DNA of 32,000 nt from contig NZ_LT549890.1 in assembly GCF_900079115.1 (NCBI RefSeq), forward strand, positions 1,770,001-1,802,000, in the 5' to 3' direction. This document shows, piece after piece, positions 1-7,560 of the stretch; within the stretch, counting starts at the first letter, position 1; each line of letters starts with the position of its first letter. The position numbers were made by a program, and so were the translations under genes. Below the pieces are notes generated by a model that was not told the DNA's origin, did no database searches, and was given only the letters and a program-made list of their open reading frames with translations. Origin of the DNA: Saccharolobus solfataricus. GTDB lineage: Archaea > Thermoproteota > Thermoprotei_A > Sulfolobales > Sulfolobaceae.

Positions 1-431
1 GACTAGGAAATTTGACCAACTACTCTAAAACTCCAGCCTATTCTCTAGTAGGTACTAGATTATACGAAAATGGTACATTGTTCCTACAAGTTGCTAGGAC
101 TGCCGGTCCAGATACTTATGGTGGTTTCGTAGTATTAGTCCAACTTCTATATTCCAACGGTACGGTATTGTACCAATGGACTGGCCAACAACTAGGTATG
201 TTATCAAGCAATAATATAAAGAACGAATTCCCTTTACATCCATCTAAGCCGATCAAAATAGAAAATTATGGTGTTGGAATAGAAGTACCATTGGGGCAAA
301 ATTCTACAATAATCTTACAATTGCCTCACCCAATACCATCAGGGACTTATATTATAAAAGTTTGGGATGCTGATGGACAGTCAACGGCGTATGGGAATAA
401 GTTCCAGATTACTGTAAAGGTAGATTCATAG
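1..431 (+). CDS. 3' part of a hypothetical protein whose start lies upstream of the window
   Basis: The frame is open from the window edge (codons 3-5, 6-8 and 9-11 are sense) to TAG 429-431. The TTG at 12 is therefore probably not the true start. The sequence is beta-rich and contains N-x-S/T sequons, as in Sulfolobales extracellular proteins. No family recognised. A T/C-rich tract follows the stop. Confidence 0.45.
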   Translation, partial: LGNLTNYSKTPAYSLVGTRLYENGTLFLQVARTAGPDTYGGFVVLVQLLYSNGTVLYQWTGQQLGMLSSNNIKNEFPLHPSKPIKIENYGVGIEVPLGQNSTIILQLPHPIPSGTYIIKVWDADGQSTAYGNKFQITVKVDS

Positions 432-501
432 CAAATTACTTTTTCTCTCTTTCCCCTCTTTTCCATTAATTTTAAATAGTTAGGTCCCATTATTTACTAT
501 A

Positions 502-672
502 GTAAGAGTAGGAGATGCATTATTTAAGCTAATGAATGAGATAGAAATTAGACAAATATTTGGAAATCCCGGTACCACGCAGCTCAACTTTCTAAAATAT
601 ATGCCAAAGAATTTAAACTATTATCTGGCACTACAAGATGGAATTTCAATAGGAATGGCTGAGGGCTATTAC
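502..672 (+). pseudogene. N-terminal stub (~55 aa) of a thiamine-diphosphate-dependent enzyme (acetolactate synthase / benzoylformate decarboxylase-like), truncated by a mobile-element remnant
   Basis: Hand translation gives VGDALFKLMNEIEIRQIFGNPGTTQLNFLKYMPKNLNYYLALQDGISIGMAEGYY. This is the characteristic ThDP-enzyme N-terminal pattern (IFGxPGxxxLxF ... E/D-x-x-A-x-GMA-x-GY). There is no canonical start codon after the in-frame TAG at 481-483. The reading frame dies at the IS right-end block near 672. The rest of a ~550-aa enzyme is absent. Confidence 0.55.
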
Positions 673-1332
673 TTGGGGTTTGGATTTCATAGGATTTCAT
701 GATATTTAATATCAATCCTCAGCCCTTAAGCTTCACCAGAGTCACGGACGTTCATCCCTCTCCTCCCCATTAGCGGATGAGATTAGGTCTTCAACTAGTT
801 CTTCTGATGTCTTGTCCTCCTTGTTTAGCGCAACTATTTCGTAGTTATGTACTTTAGAAACCTCCTTAAGTATTTCAAGACCAAATCTAACTAGTCTGTC
901 TGGGTGTGCTATTATTACTCGTGATACTTCGTTGTTTAATATCATTTTCAGAAGCTTTAGGAATCCCTTATCTTTTCATATTCAACGCGGAACCTACGTC
1001 TATAATTACTAGGTCGTATTCTTTCACTTGTTCCTCTAAATACTTTACTTGGTTCACTAGCTCATCTTTCTGTGTGCTCGATGGTACTCTAGCGTAGAGT
1101 ACTATTTTTCTCCTTCTCACTATTCCCATTAATTTTTCAACGTCTTCTTCTCTGAATCTCCACTTTCCATTCTGTAATATGACCGGTTTTATGTATCCTT
1201 TGTTCACATACTCCCTAAGTGTTGCATAGGATATGGCTAGTCTTAAGCATACTTCCTTTGGCCTTTAGAATTGTATAAAAATTTTTGACGAAATGATATA
1301 AACCTTATGATTTATCTGAAATTGTTGACCAC
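669..1332 (-). mobile_element. Internally deleted IS607-type element (IS200/IS605 superfamily, ISC1904/ISC1913-like): left end, broken serine-recombinase gene and right end; tnpB body missing
   Basis: It carries a MerR-HTH/resolvase gene. Its two termini (1297-1332 and 675-736) are shared with a second remnant at 16457-17004. No inverted repeats or target duplication are visible, as expected for this family. The boundaries are set by where similarity to the second copy stops. Confidence 0.6.
742..1260 (-). pseudogene. IS607-type serine recombinase (orfA/TnpA), frameshifted and lacking a start codon
   Basis: Upstream of ORF 968..1207 the frame reads RPKEVCLRLAISYATLREYVNKG (MerR-like HTH) directly after a TAA, with no ATG. 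VLYARVPSSTQKDEL is the resolvase catalytic-serine motif. ORF 742..945 ([30 protein letters not shown]...) continues the same protein in another frame, implying a one-nucleotide frameshift between 945 and 968. The C-terminus is replaced by right-end sequence. Confidence 0.75.
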
Positions 1333-1483
1333 GCCCATCAAAGTCCAAATACCAAGGAATGTGACTAGATAAAGGTAGAGTGCCTCTTCAGCTAATATTG
1401 ATGCTATATCGTAAAAACCATGTTCAAAATCAAGTTTAGATGCTTGTAAGTGTTCTATTACCTACTTTGCTGAGATTTCTCAT
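1333..1483 (-). pseudogene. HEPN-domain gene fragment, divergent from the next HEPN gene and cut off by the IS607-type left end
   Basis: The minus-strand translation VIEHLQASKLDFEHGFYDIASILAEEALYLYLVTFLGIWTLMG aligns position by position with LRFLDEAKRDLNEGYYDIGSFHVEQALQLYIKAVIFELFG of the 1517 gene. The candidate ATG at 1481-1483 is in another frame, so at least one frameshift is present. The frame runs straight into the IS end at 1332. Confidence 0.45.
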
Positions 1484-1516
1484 TATTTTTATTTTCTTCC
1501 CTTCCTATTTATAACT

Positions 1517-1774
1517 GTGAGCGGAAATAGAGTCAGATTGTTTAAAAGGAGAGCATTACGCTTTTTAGATGAAGCTAAAAGAGATCTTAATGAAGGATAT
1601 TACGATATAGGCTCATTTCATGTAGAGCAAGCATTACAACTATACATTAAGGCCGTAATTTTCGAACTTTTCGGAAAAGAATATGAAGGGCATGGAATAA
1701 GGGAACTTCTTGGCTACCTCTCAAAGCTACTTAAGGAAAATGAATATGAGGAGTTAGCAAAAAAGGTAAACGAG
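1517..1774 (+). pseudogene. HEPN-domain protein, 5' portion (86 codons), interrupted by an IS
   Basis: N-terminal HEPN pattern (A..DL..A......YD.a.f...QA.e..lKa). The ORF ends artificially 6 codons inside the IS inverted repeat. Confidence 0.75.
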
Positions 1775-3001
1775 AGAGTGTCCGGAATGTAATTATCTGA
1801 ACGAATAGATAAACAGAATGATAAATATTAATATTGCCAGAAGGGTAGGACCTGGATCACCGAGAAAAACTTTATAATGGAAAAATATCAAGACGAGAGG
1901 ATTTACCTATCGCGCATAGCGTTGCTTGATCGCGAGGAGGCGCGTCTCAGAGCTGAACGGCTCTACGTCCTGGAGGAGTCCTCCGTTGGATCGCGAGGAA
2001 CATCTTGATGTTGTAGATCACTCCCAGGACGTGAAGGAAGACGTCGTTCCTCCAGGTCGTGGTCCCGTAGGGCCTCCAGAACGCGTTCAGGTAGGTGCCG
2101 AAGAACTCCACGTGGGCCCTCAGGGTAGTGAAGGGCTTCTCCCGCGCTATGAGCTGTGTCGGGGAGGGAGAGAATCCCCTGTCCGCGATCTTAATCCCCT
2201 TGAGCGGTGACTTGAACCTCTTGTCCGAGAAGTTGGCCGGCTTCACCGTGATGGACCTCACGAAGAGGGAGACGGAGATCACGGCTATGGCCTTGAGCCC
2301 GTAGTGCGAGACCCCTCTCTTCTTGGTCCACCTTCCCTCGAACCTCCTCTTGGTTCTCCCCAGGGAGAGCAGCTTCCTGGCCCTCTCCAGGTTACCTTCC
2401 CTCCTCTCCAGCTCCGCCTTCTCCCGAAAGGTCTCCACGCTCCTCTTCCCAGGAGGTAAGTCCAGTAGGAAGGAGTCCACTAGCCACGCCATGAAGTCCA
2501 CGAGATGCGCGCTCGCAGGGAGGTAACTGGGTAGGCACTTCTCCTCAAGCTTGAAGGAAATCTCCAACAACTTCTTCCTCACCCCGTACAACCTGCCCAC
2601 GAAGTCGTGCAGCGTGCTCTTCCCCACCTTCCTCCCCACGAACCAGGCCACGACCACGTTCACGTTAACCATTTTCACCGCGTCCCTATAGGAGCAAGAG
2701 TAGAGCACCATGACGATTAACAACTTCAAGTAAACCAGCGCGCCCTCGCCCAGAACCCTCTCCAAATCCATGGCGTCCAGCACGGGCTTGATCTCCGTTA
2801 ACCATTTTTCCCTCCACGGCATATCCTCTATTGGGGGAAGAGGGTAGTACATCAGGTTTGGTATGTGTCTTAATGTTCTTGCCATGGTACTACCCTCTAC
2901 TCCCATAACTTAAGTGTTACTCCAATTTAATCCAAGATAATGCTAAAAACCAATTTATTCTTGCCAATAAAAATTCAATTTTTTACATTCCGGACACTCT
3001 C
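1774..3001 (-). mobile_element. Complete ~1.23-kb IS with 19-bp perfect terminal inverted repeats (ISC1225 size class, DDE-type transposase)
   Basis: GAGAGTGTCCGGAATGTAA at 1774-1792 is the exact reverse complement of 2983-3001. The element is flanked by direct ACGA(G) at 1770-1774 and 3002-3006; the exact boundary is ambiguous by 1-3 nt. It holds a single 319-aa ORF. G+C is far above that of the flanks. Confidence 0.8.
1947..2906 (-). CDS. IS transposase (319 aa)
   Basis: It is the only long ORF between the inverted repeats and fills most of the element. The assignment rests on position and on the basic, Arg/Lys-rich composition, not on recognised DDE residues. Confidence 0.65.
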   Translation of the reverse strand: MGVEGSTMARTLRHIPNLMYYPLPPIEDMPWREKWLTEIKPVLDAMDLERVLGEGALVYLKLLIVMVLYSCSYRDAVKMVNVNVVVAWFVGRKVGKSTLHDFVGRLYGVRKKLLEISFKLEEKCLPSYLPASAHLVDFMAWLVDSFLLDLPPGKRSVETFREKAELERREGNLERARKLLSLGRTKRRFEGRWTKKRGVSHYGLKAIAVISVSLFVRSITVKPANFSDKRFKSPLKGIKIADRGFSPSPTQLIAREKPFTTLRAHVEFFGTYLNAFWRPYGTTTWRNDVFLHVLGVIYNIKMFLAIQRRTPPGRRAVQL

Positions 3002-3006
3002 ACGAG

Positions 3007-3168
3007 TTAGTCCACAATTACAGACTAATAGATATTGAAACTGCTTATATAGATTCTAGATACGGTAATTTAGAATATGAAAGTGAAGACTTGAAATCAC
3101 TAATTCAAGTTGCAGAGAATGTAATAAAATCACTAGAGGAGGTTGTAAAAGTTGTCAAGTTGGGTTAA
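3007..3168 (+). pseudogene. HEPN-domain protein, 3' portion (53 codons plus stop)
   Basis: Joining 1774 to 3007 restores one frame: ...KKVNE|LVHNYRLIDIETAYIDSRYGNLEYESEDLKSLIQVAENVIKSLEEVVKVVKLG*. The AYIDSRY segment is typical of minimal HEPN proteins. The stop at 3166-3168 overlaps the MNT start by 17 nt. Confidence 0.75.
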
Positions 3169-3496
3169 GTTTAGGTTTTCTCACTTAAGGAGATGGAGAG
3201 AATACGCCGAAAAAATAGCAAAAGCCACTGCAGATTTAGAACCAGACTCAGAAGTTTATGTAATAGGTGGTGTTGCAGAAGATAGAATAACGGTTTTAAG
3301 CGATATTGATATACTAATACTAATAAAAAGAATAATCGATAGCAAAGAGAAAAAGAAGTTACGAGAGGTAATTCTTTTAAGGGCTATGGACTTCTATGGT
3401 TTGCCCTTTGATGCACCAGTTGAAATTCATATAGAAGATGAAGAGGGAGCTAAAAGATTTTTTGAGTTATCAAAGAAAGTGATAAAAATAATGTGA
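3152..3496 (+). CDS. Minimal nucleotidyltransferase (MNT), partner of the HEPN gene
   Basis: VYVIGGVAEDRITVLSDIDILILI matches the G-x-x-A/S...SD(I/L)D(L/I) pol-beta-type NTase motif. The protein is 114 aa. Its start overlaps the restored HEPN ORF, as in other HEPN-MNT pairs. Confidence 0.8.
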   Translation: MSSWVKFRFSHLRRWREYAEKIAKATADLEPDSEVYVIGGVAEDRITVLSDIDILILIKRIIDSKEKKKLREVILLRAMDFYGLPFDAPVEIHIEDEEGAKRFFELSKKVIKIM

Positions 3497-3905
3497 AAAT
3501 CGCCTTACGAAAAATTACCAACCTTAGTTCTTAATCTTCTTATGCTAATTTTTTGTGAAAGATGACCTTCTGTAGACAATGTGAACTACTCTACGGGCGA
3601 TTCAGGTCTCCTTTGCGAATTGTAATTTACAAATAATGTAGTTGTAAAAATGTTAGCATTGATAATTGTGTTTCTCTGCCAGTTAGTCGCCTTCATTTAG
3701 TTAATTTCGTAACAACCTTTGAAATAAAGTGAATTCACAATGGATAGTTGAATCTCCCATTAAATTTTTACTTGATAACTTTTCTTCTTTTTACTATTCA
3801 ATTTTCAATGGAAAAAGATTTAATTGTTCAAAGATTATAACCACGAATTAATTGATTTCATGTTCCCATAAAATTTATTATGGCGAGAAAAGGTAACAAT
3901 TTAAT

Positions 3906-4778
3906 ATGAATTTAAACAGTCACATACTACTAGCCTTGGCGTTTGGCTTAATTTTATTTCACAATGATATAGCCTTAGCTGTATTAGTAGGGATAGGAGC
4001 AGCGATACCTGACTTAGATAGGGAATACGTGTTCACTAAGAGGAAAATATTTGCTAAATATCAGTTACACAGAGCTCTCTTCCACAATATCTTTTTCGCA
4101 TTAGCAGTAACTTATTTCAACCTATACTTAGGATTGGGAATATTTCTTCATATAGCCTTGGATCTACTCACCTCACCTACAGATAGGGGTGTAGAATTAT
4201 TTTTCCCTTTAGGTAGACTTGTTAAGAACTTTGAGCTGGACTATGATGGAAACATAAGGCAAAGTAAAGGGATGATGTGGTATCTCGAAGACCCCGTGAG
4301 AATTATAAATAAGACAGCCGACCCTGGATTGAAAGTCGTTGTCAAAATGCCTTGGATAAGAATTTATGGTCCTTTTAAAAACAGTAGACTAGTTGATTGG
4401 ATGATATTTTATTCCTCCTTTATTTTCATTCAATTGTATGAATTGAATAATCTAATTACATGGTGGGAGACGTTTCTATACACCGTTTTCGTAAAGTATG
4501 TTTTTATTGATATTGGAATAGTGCTGTTTTACGCTACGGGAGAATTGTGGAGGAGGAGATTACAGTTTCGGAATCTTAACAATAAGATGAAATATGTAAT
4601 CATTGGAGTGATGACTTTCGGTCTATCACTCATTATATTTCAAGGTTTATATCTATATTCACCAATGAAGCCTATAATAAACCTTAATACATCATTGCTT
4701 ATAATTGTCTCAATGCTTATCGGTCTATCTTTAGCCTATATCCATGTAAGAATTAGATTCAAAAAAATTACGTTATGA
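3906..4778 (+). CDS. DUF457/YdjM-like membrane-bound metal-dependent hydrolase with an extended C-terminal membrane domain
   Basis: Starts M.L.SH; also has IPDLDR, HRALFHN and HIALDLLTSPTDRGVELFFP, the His/Asp pattern of the YdjM family. Several hydrophobic helices are present. Confidence 0.55.
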   Translation: MNLNSHILLALAFGLILFHNDIALAVLVGIGAAIPDLDREYVFTKRKIFAKYQLHRALFHNIFFALAVTYFNLYLGLGIFLHIALDLLTSPTDRGVELFFPLGRLVKNFELDYDGNIRQSKGMMWYLEDPVRIINKTADPGLKVVVKMPWIRIYGPFKNSRLVDWMIFYSSFIFIQLYELNNLITWWETFLYTVFVKYVFIDIGIVLFYATGELWRRRLQFRNLNNKMKYVIIGVMTFGLSLIIFQGLYLYSPMKPIINLNTSLLIIVSMLIGLSLAYIHVRIRFKKITL

Positions 4779-4784
4779 TTTTTA

Positions 4785-6455
4785 TCATCTTCTTCGCCTC
4801 AATACCAATATGGCAATTGCTACTACTGCTATTACTATTACTGCCACTATACCCATTAGTTCAGTATTGATGGATAATATTAAGGTCTCAACTATTGGCC
4901 CATTTACCGTTATAATGCTCCCTGGTGTTACGTTATAAGTCCCCGTAAATATGCCCTTTTCGTAAAAGGGAACGTTAGCACTTAATTGAATGGAGGAACC
5001 CGCGTTAATCCATACACTTCCATTCACTCTTTCACCATTTAAATATACGGGTAGATTGGAGTCTACTAAAACCCGATATTGTTTTATTGTGCTTAAGGTT
5101 ATGTTTAAAGGTAGACTAACGTTGAATGACGATGACGGTAAAATTGATGATATTATGTACCTCTCATTGCTACCGTTGTAATATGTATAATTGAGTATGC
5201 TGATTTGAGTGCCTTGAGCAAACCAATCTGTACTGTTCAAAGTTATTTGTTTACCATTCACATTGGCAATAACTGGAATTTGTGAGTTTACTTTCACCAG
5301 ATAGTAATATGTATAATTGGGAATAATATTCAAAACCTTAAACCAACTAACGTTAGGTTCTATTAGGCTGGGATAGTTTCCATTAAGCACTGCAAATGAC
5401 GATGAGTTAATTGAATAGTTCTTAAAGAATCCTAATTTAATTTGGGTGGTAACGTAGCCGGAGAATGCATGTGAAAGGCTTTTATTTAGTAGAAATGGTA
5501 TTTTGCTACTAATGTTTAAGTATAGGAAACTTGGATATGAAGGGTTAAATTTTGTAGTCAATAGACCAGGGTTCTGTCTGCCTATTGTAACGTAAGCATC
5601 ACCGTTTTTACCTATCAAAACTTGCAAATTATTAGTGGATTCTGCGGTATCACTTCCGTAATTGTATACTTGTGAAAATGGAACCCATTCGCCACTTTTC
5701 ATATAGAGTAATGCTAAGTAAGAAGACATGTTTAAGAAAGTTGTGCTTTCACCATTCCCAAATCCTCCCCATACTAACTCAGCATCTAAATAATTTCCCA
5801 GATATGTAACAATACCAAAATTCGCGCTGGGGGTGGTTTGATTAGCTATTATAATTGAAGCAAATGATAAATTTTGAATTGGAATGAAGACCGTATCGTA
5901 AAATATTGGGTTAGGTGGACTTATATTTCCGTTTTGAAGAATAACATAACCGAAACTAACATATACTCCTTGAGTATCATAGCTCTCATTTATTATAAGG
6001 TAGAACGAAAAGGGGAAATTATATTTAATATAATAAGTCCCATAAGCGTAGTATGAGGAATGAGAGAAAAAGTCTGAAGTAGAGTATATTTCACCTTTGC
6101 CAACTATATTGTTTATTCCAGCAAAGGGAGTAGTCGAGTTCCAAATATTGTCGCCAAAGAATACCTTACTCTCATTTGTAATGAAATCAGCTACATTTTG
6201 TAACCAGAAATAGTATTCTCCACCGCTAGTATTTACTTCTAACATAACGTTTAATTGAAGCGAAGCGCCATAAGGCGGAACTCCAAGCTGTGATGCAGAA
6301 GTGTTATAAGCCAACAGCGATGATATATTTGCATAACCTAGTACTTCATTTGTACATATAGGACCATTATAAGCTACTACTCCAGTTGGAAATGAAATGG
6401 CAACTAACGGTGTTAATAAGAGCAAAAGAAGGACTAACACTATATGCTTTAGCAC
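4785..6455 (-). CDS. Thermopsin-family (peptidase A5) extracellular protease with a C-terminal membrane anchor
   Basis: TNEVLGYANISSLLAYN...PYGASLQLNVMLEVNTSGGEYYFWLQNV and YLDAELVWGGFGNGESTTF closely parallel S. acidocaldarius thermopsin as I recall it. The protein has a signal peptide, at least 20 N-x-S/T sequons and a C-terminal TM helix followed by RRRR. GTG start at 6453-6455. Confidence 0.8.
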   Translation of the reverse strand: MLKHIVLVLLLLLLTPLVAISFPTGVVAYNGPICTNEVLGYANISSLLAYNTSASQLGVPPYGASLQLNVMLEVNTSGGEYYFWLQNVADFITNESKVFFGDNIWNSTTPFAGINNIVGKGEIYSTSDFFSHSSYYAYGTYYIKYNFPFSFYLIINESYDTQGVYVSFGYVILQNGNISPPNPIFYDTVFIPIQNLSFASIIIANQTTPSANFGIVTYLGNYLDAELVWGGFGNGESTTFLNMSSYLALLYMKSGEWVPFSQVYNYGSDTAESTNNLQVLIGKNGDAYVTIGRQNPGLLTTKFNPSYPSFLYLNISSKIPFLLNKSLSHAFSGYVTTQIKLGFFKNYSINSSSFAVLNGNYPSLIEPNVSWFKVLNIIPNYTYYYLVKVNSQIPVIANVNGKQITLNSTDWFAQGTQISILNYTYYNGSNERYIISSILPSSSFNVSLPLNITLSTIKQYRVLVDSNLPVYLNGERVNGSVWINAGSSIQLSANVPFYEKGIFTGTYNVTPGSIITVNGPIVETLILSINTELMGIVAVIVIAVVAIAILVLRRRR

Positions 6456-6501
6456 GAAAGGGAAAATGAATTTTTAAAAATAAAAACGTTTTCCTAAATT
6501 G

Positions 6502-7559
6502 TACTTTGTTGATTTGTTCAATTTGTCTCATTAAAACGATATTGTATAACACTAATTTTTCAGTAATTAATATTTATTTCAACGTTCCTCTCAAGCTTAC
6601 ACCCTAATGCCCGGAGCCCTACCGACTACAGAATTCGCCAAGTGAACCATCCACGCGTAAGCCCAGAACTTGAGCTTAGCCTCAACTACTTGTCCAGCAA
6701 AACTTGTTGCCCTAACCGATTCCCCAAAAGTACGCTTCACCGCAGAGAACAAGGACTCGACCCTCCACCTAACGCCATAACCCTTCTCCTCCCTCCAACG
6801 ATCATAACCCAACTTCCTAAACTCCCGCACAGCCTTACGTCTAGCAAGATGGCCCCTTTTAGTAGAAGCGTTCTTCTTGGGAGGAACTACAACCTCAACT
6901 CCGGTCTTGTAAACCTCATTGGCGTCATATGTCTTATCTCCATAAAACTTCTTGACCTTCTTTCCCTTATCTTGAAGATCCTTAACTGTTTTTACAGCGC
7001 TTTCAACCTCGTTGCTAGTGACCTCAGCGTTTATCACGTTGAATTCGTTATTGTCCATTACTATCTCGATCTTGAGGAATTTTGAATCCCTAGTCTTACC
7101 CCACTTGGCAACAATGTATTGTCCTCCCGTGTTTGTGCTAATGCCTGTAGCGTCTGCAATTACTTCAAGTTCGTCACTTGCCTCGGGGAAGGTTATTTTC
7201 ATGTTCCTCACTCTCTTCCATATTGTTGAGTAATCGAGGCTTGTGGGGATGATCTTCAATTGTTCTAAGGCTCTTAATACTCCTTCTATTGCTCTGTAAG
7301 GTAGGAAGATGTGGAGGAAGGCTAGGAATTCGTCGAACTCCTTCGGAGCTTTATACTTTGTCCTAGCGTTCCTGTTCTCCTCTGCTAATAAGTCCCACCA
7401 ATGTTCGAATACGTAGAAGGGGAACATCAACTTATATCTAGTAATGACGTTCTCGTCGTACTTGCTCCAGTCCCTCTTGTACTTACTCTTTCCCATAGGT
7501 AATACTTAAACGAATAATTTATAAACTTTTTGTACAATTCTGAAGCAATCCACAAAGCA
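6502..7559 (-). mobile_element. ISC1058 (IS5 family), complete, 1058 bp
   Basis: Imperfect inverted repeats: TACTTTGTTGATTTGTTCA (6502-) versus the reverse complement of the right end, TGCTTTGTGGATTGCTTCA (-7559). A 9-bp direct repeat CCTAAATTG lies at 6493-6501 and 7560-7568. The length between the repeats is exactly 1058 bp. Confidence 0.85.
6597..7496 (-). CDS. IS5-family transposase of ISC1058 (299 aa)
   Basis: Single ORF filling the element. ADATGI...YGDKTYD...WRVESLFSAVKRTFG fits the DDE/IS5 pattern (D...D...E-x-x-F-x-x-K). Confidence 0.85.
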   Translation of the reverse strand: MGKSKYKRDWSKYDENVITRYKLMFPFYVFEHWWDLLAEENRNARTKYKAPKEFDEFLAFLHIFLPYRAIEGVLRALEQLKIIPTSLDYSTIWKRVRNMKITFPEASDELEVIADATGISTNTGGQYIVAKWGKTRDSKFLKIEIVMDNNEFNVINAEVTSNEVESAVKTVKDLQDKGKKVKKFYGDKTYDANEVYKTGVEVVVPPKKNASTKRGHLARRKAVREFRKLGYDRWREEKGYGVRWRVESLFSAVKRTFGESVRATSFAGQVVEAKLKFWAYAWMVHLANSVVGRAPGIRV

Positions 7560-7560
7560 C

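Noticed and set aside
906-1097. ORF 906..1097 on the + strand
   Set aside because: It lies antisense to the clearly recognisable serine-recombinase reading frames and has no motifs.
1336-1516. Continuation of the ThDP-enzyme gene to the right of the IS607 remnant
   Set aside because: None of the three + frames gives the expected HSxPGxxN/TGQ segment. The minus strand instead encodes a HEPN-like stub.
1926-2526. Three + strand ORFs (1926..2210, 2095..2304, 2323..2526) inside the GC-rich IS
   Set aside because: They lie antisense to the 319-aa transposase ORF. Their composition is Pro/Arg/Gly/Ser-rich, as expected for shadow frames in high-GC DNA. They overlap each other and have no start context.
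4990-6056. ORFs 4990..5181 and 5874..6056 on the + strand
   Set aside because: They lie antisense to the thermopsin-family gene, whose sense frame matches known thermopsin segments.
6367-7233. ORFs 6367..6552 (-), 6642..7085 (+) and 7012..7233 (+)
   Set aside because: The first spans the thermopsin start, its promoter and the ISC1058 end, so it crosses an insertion junction. The other two lie antisense to the IS5 transposase and are low-complexity.
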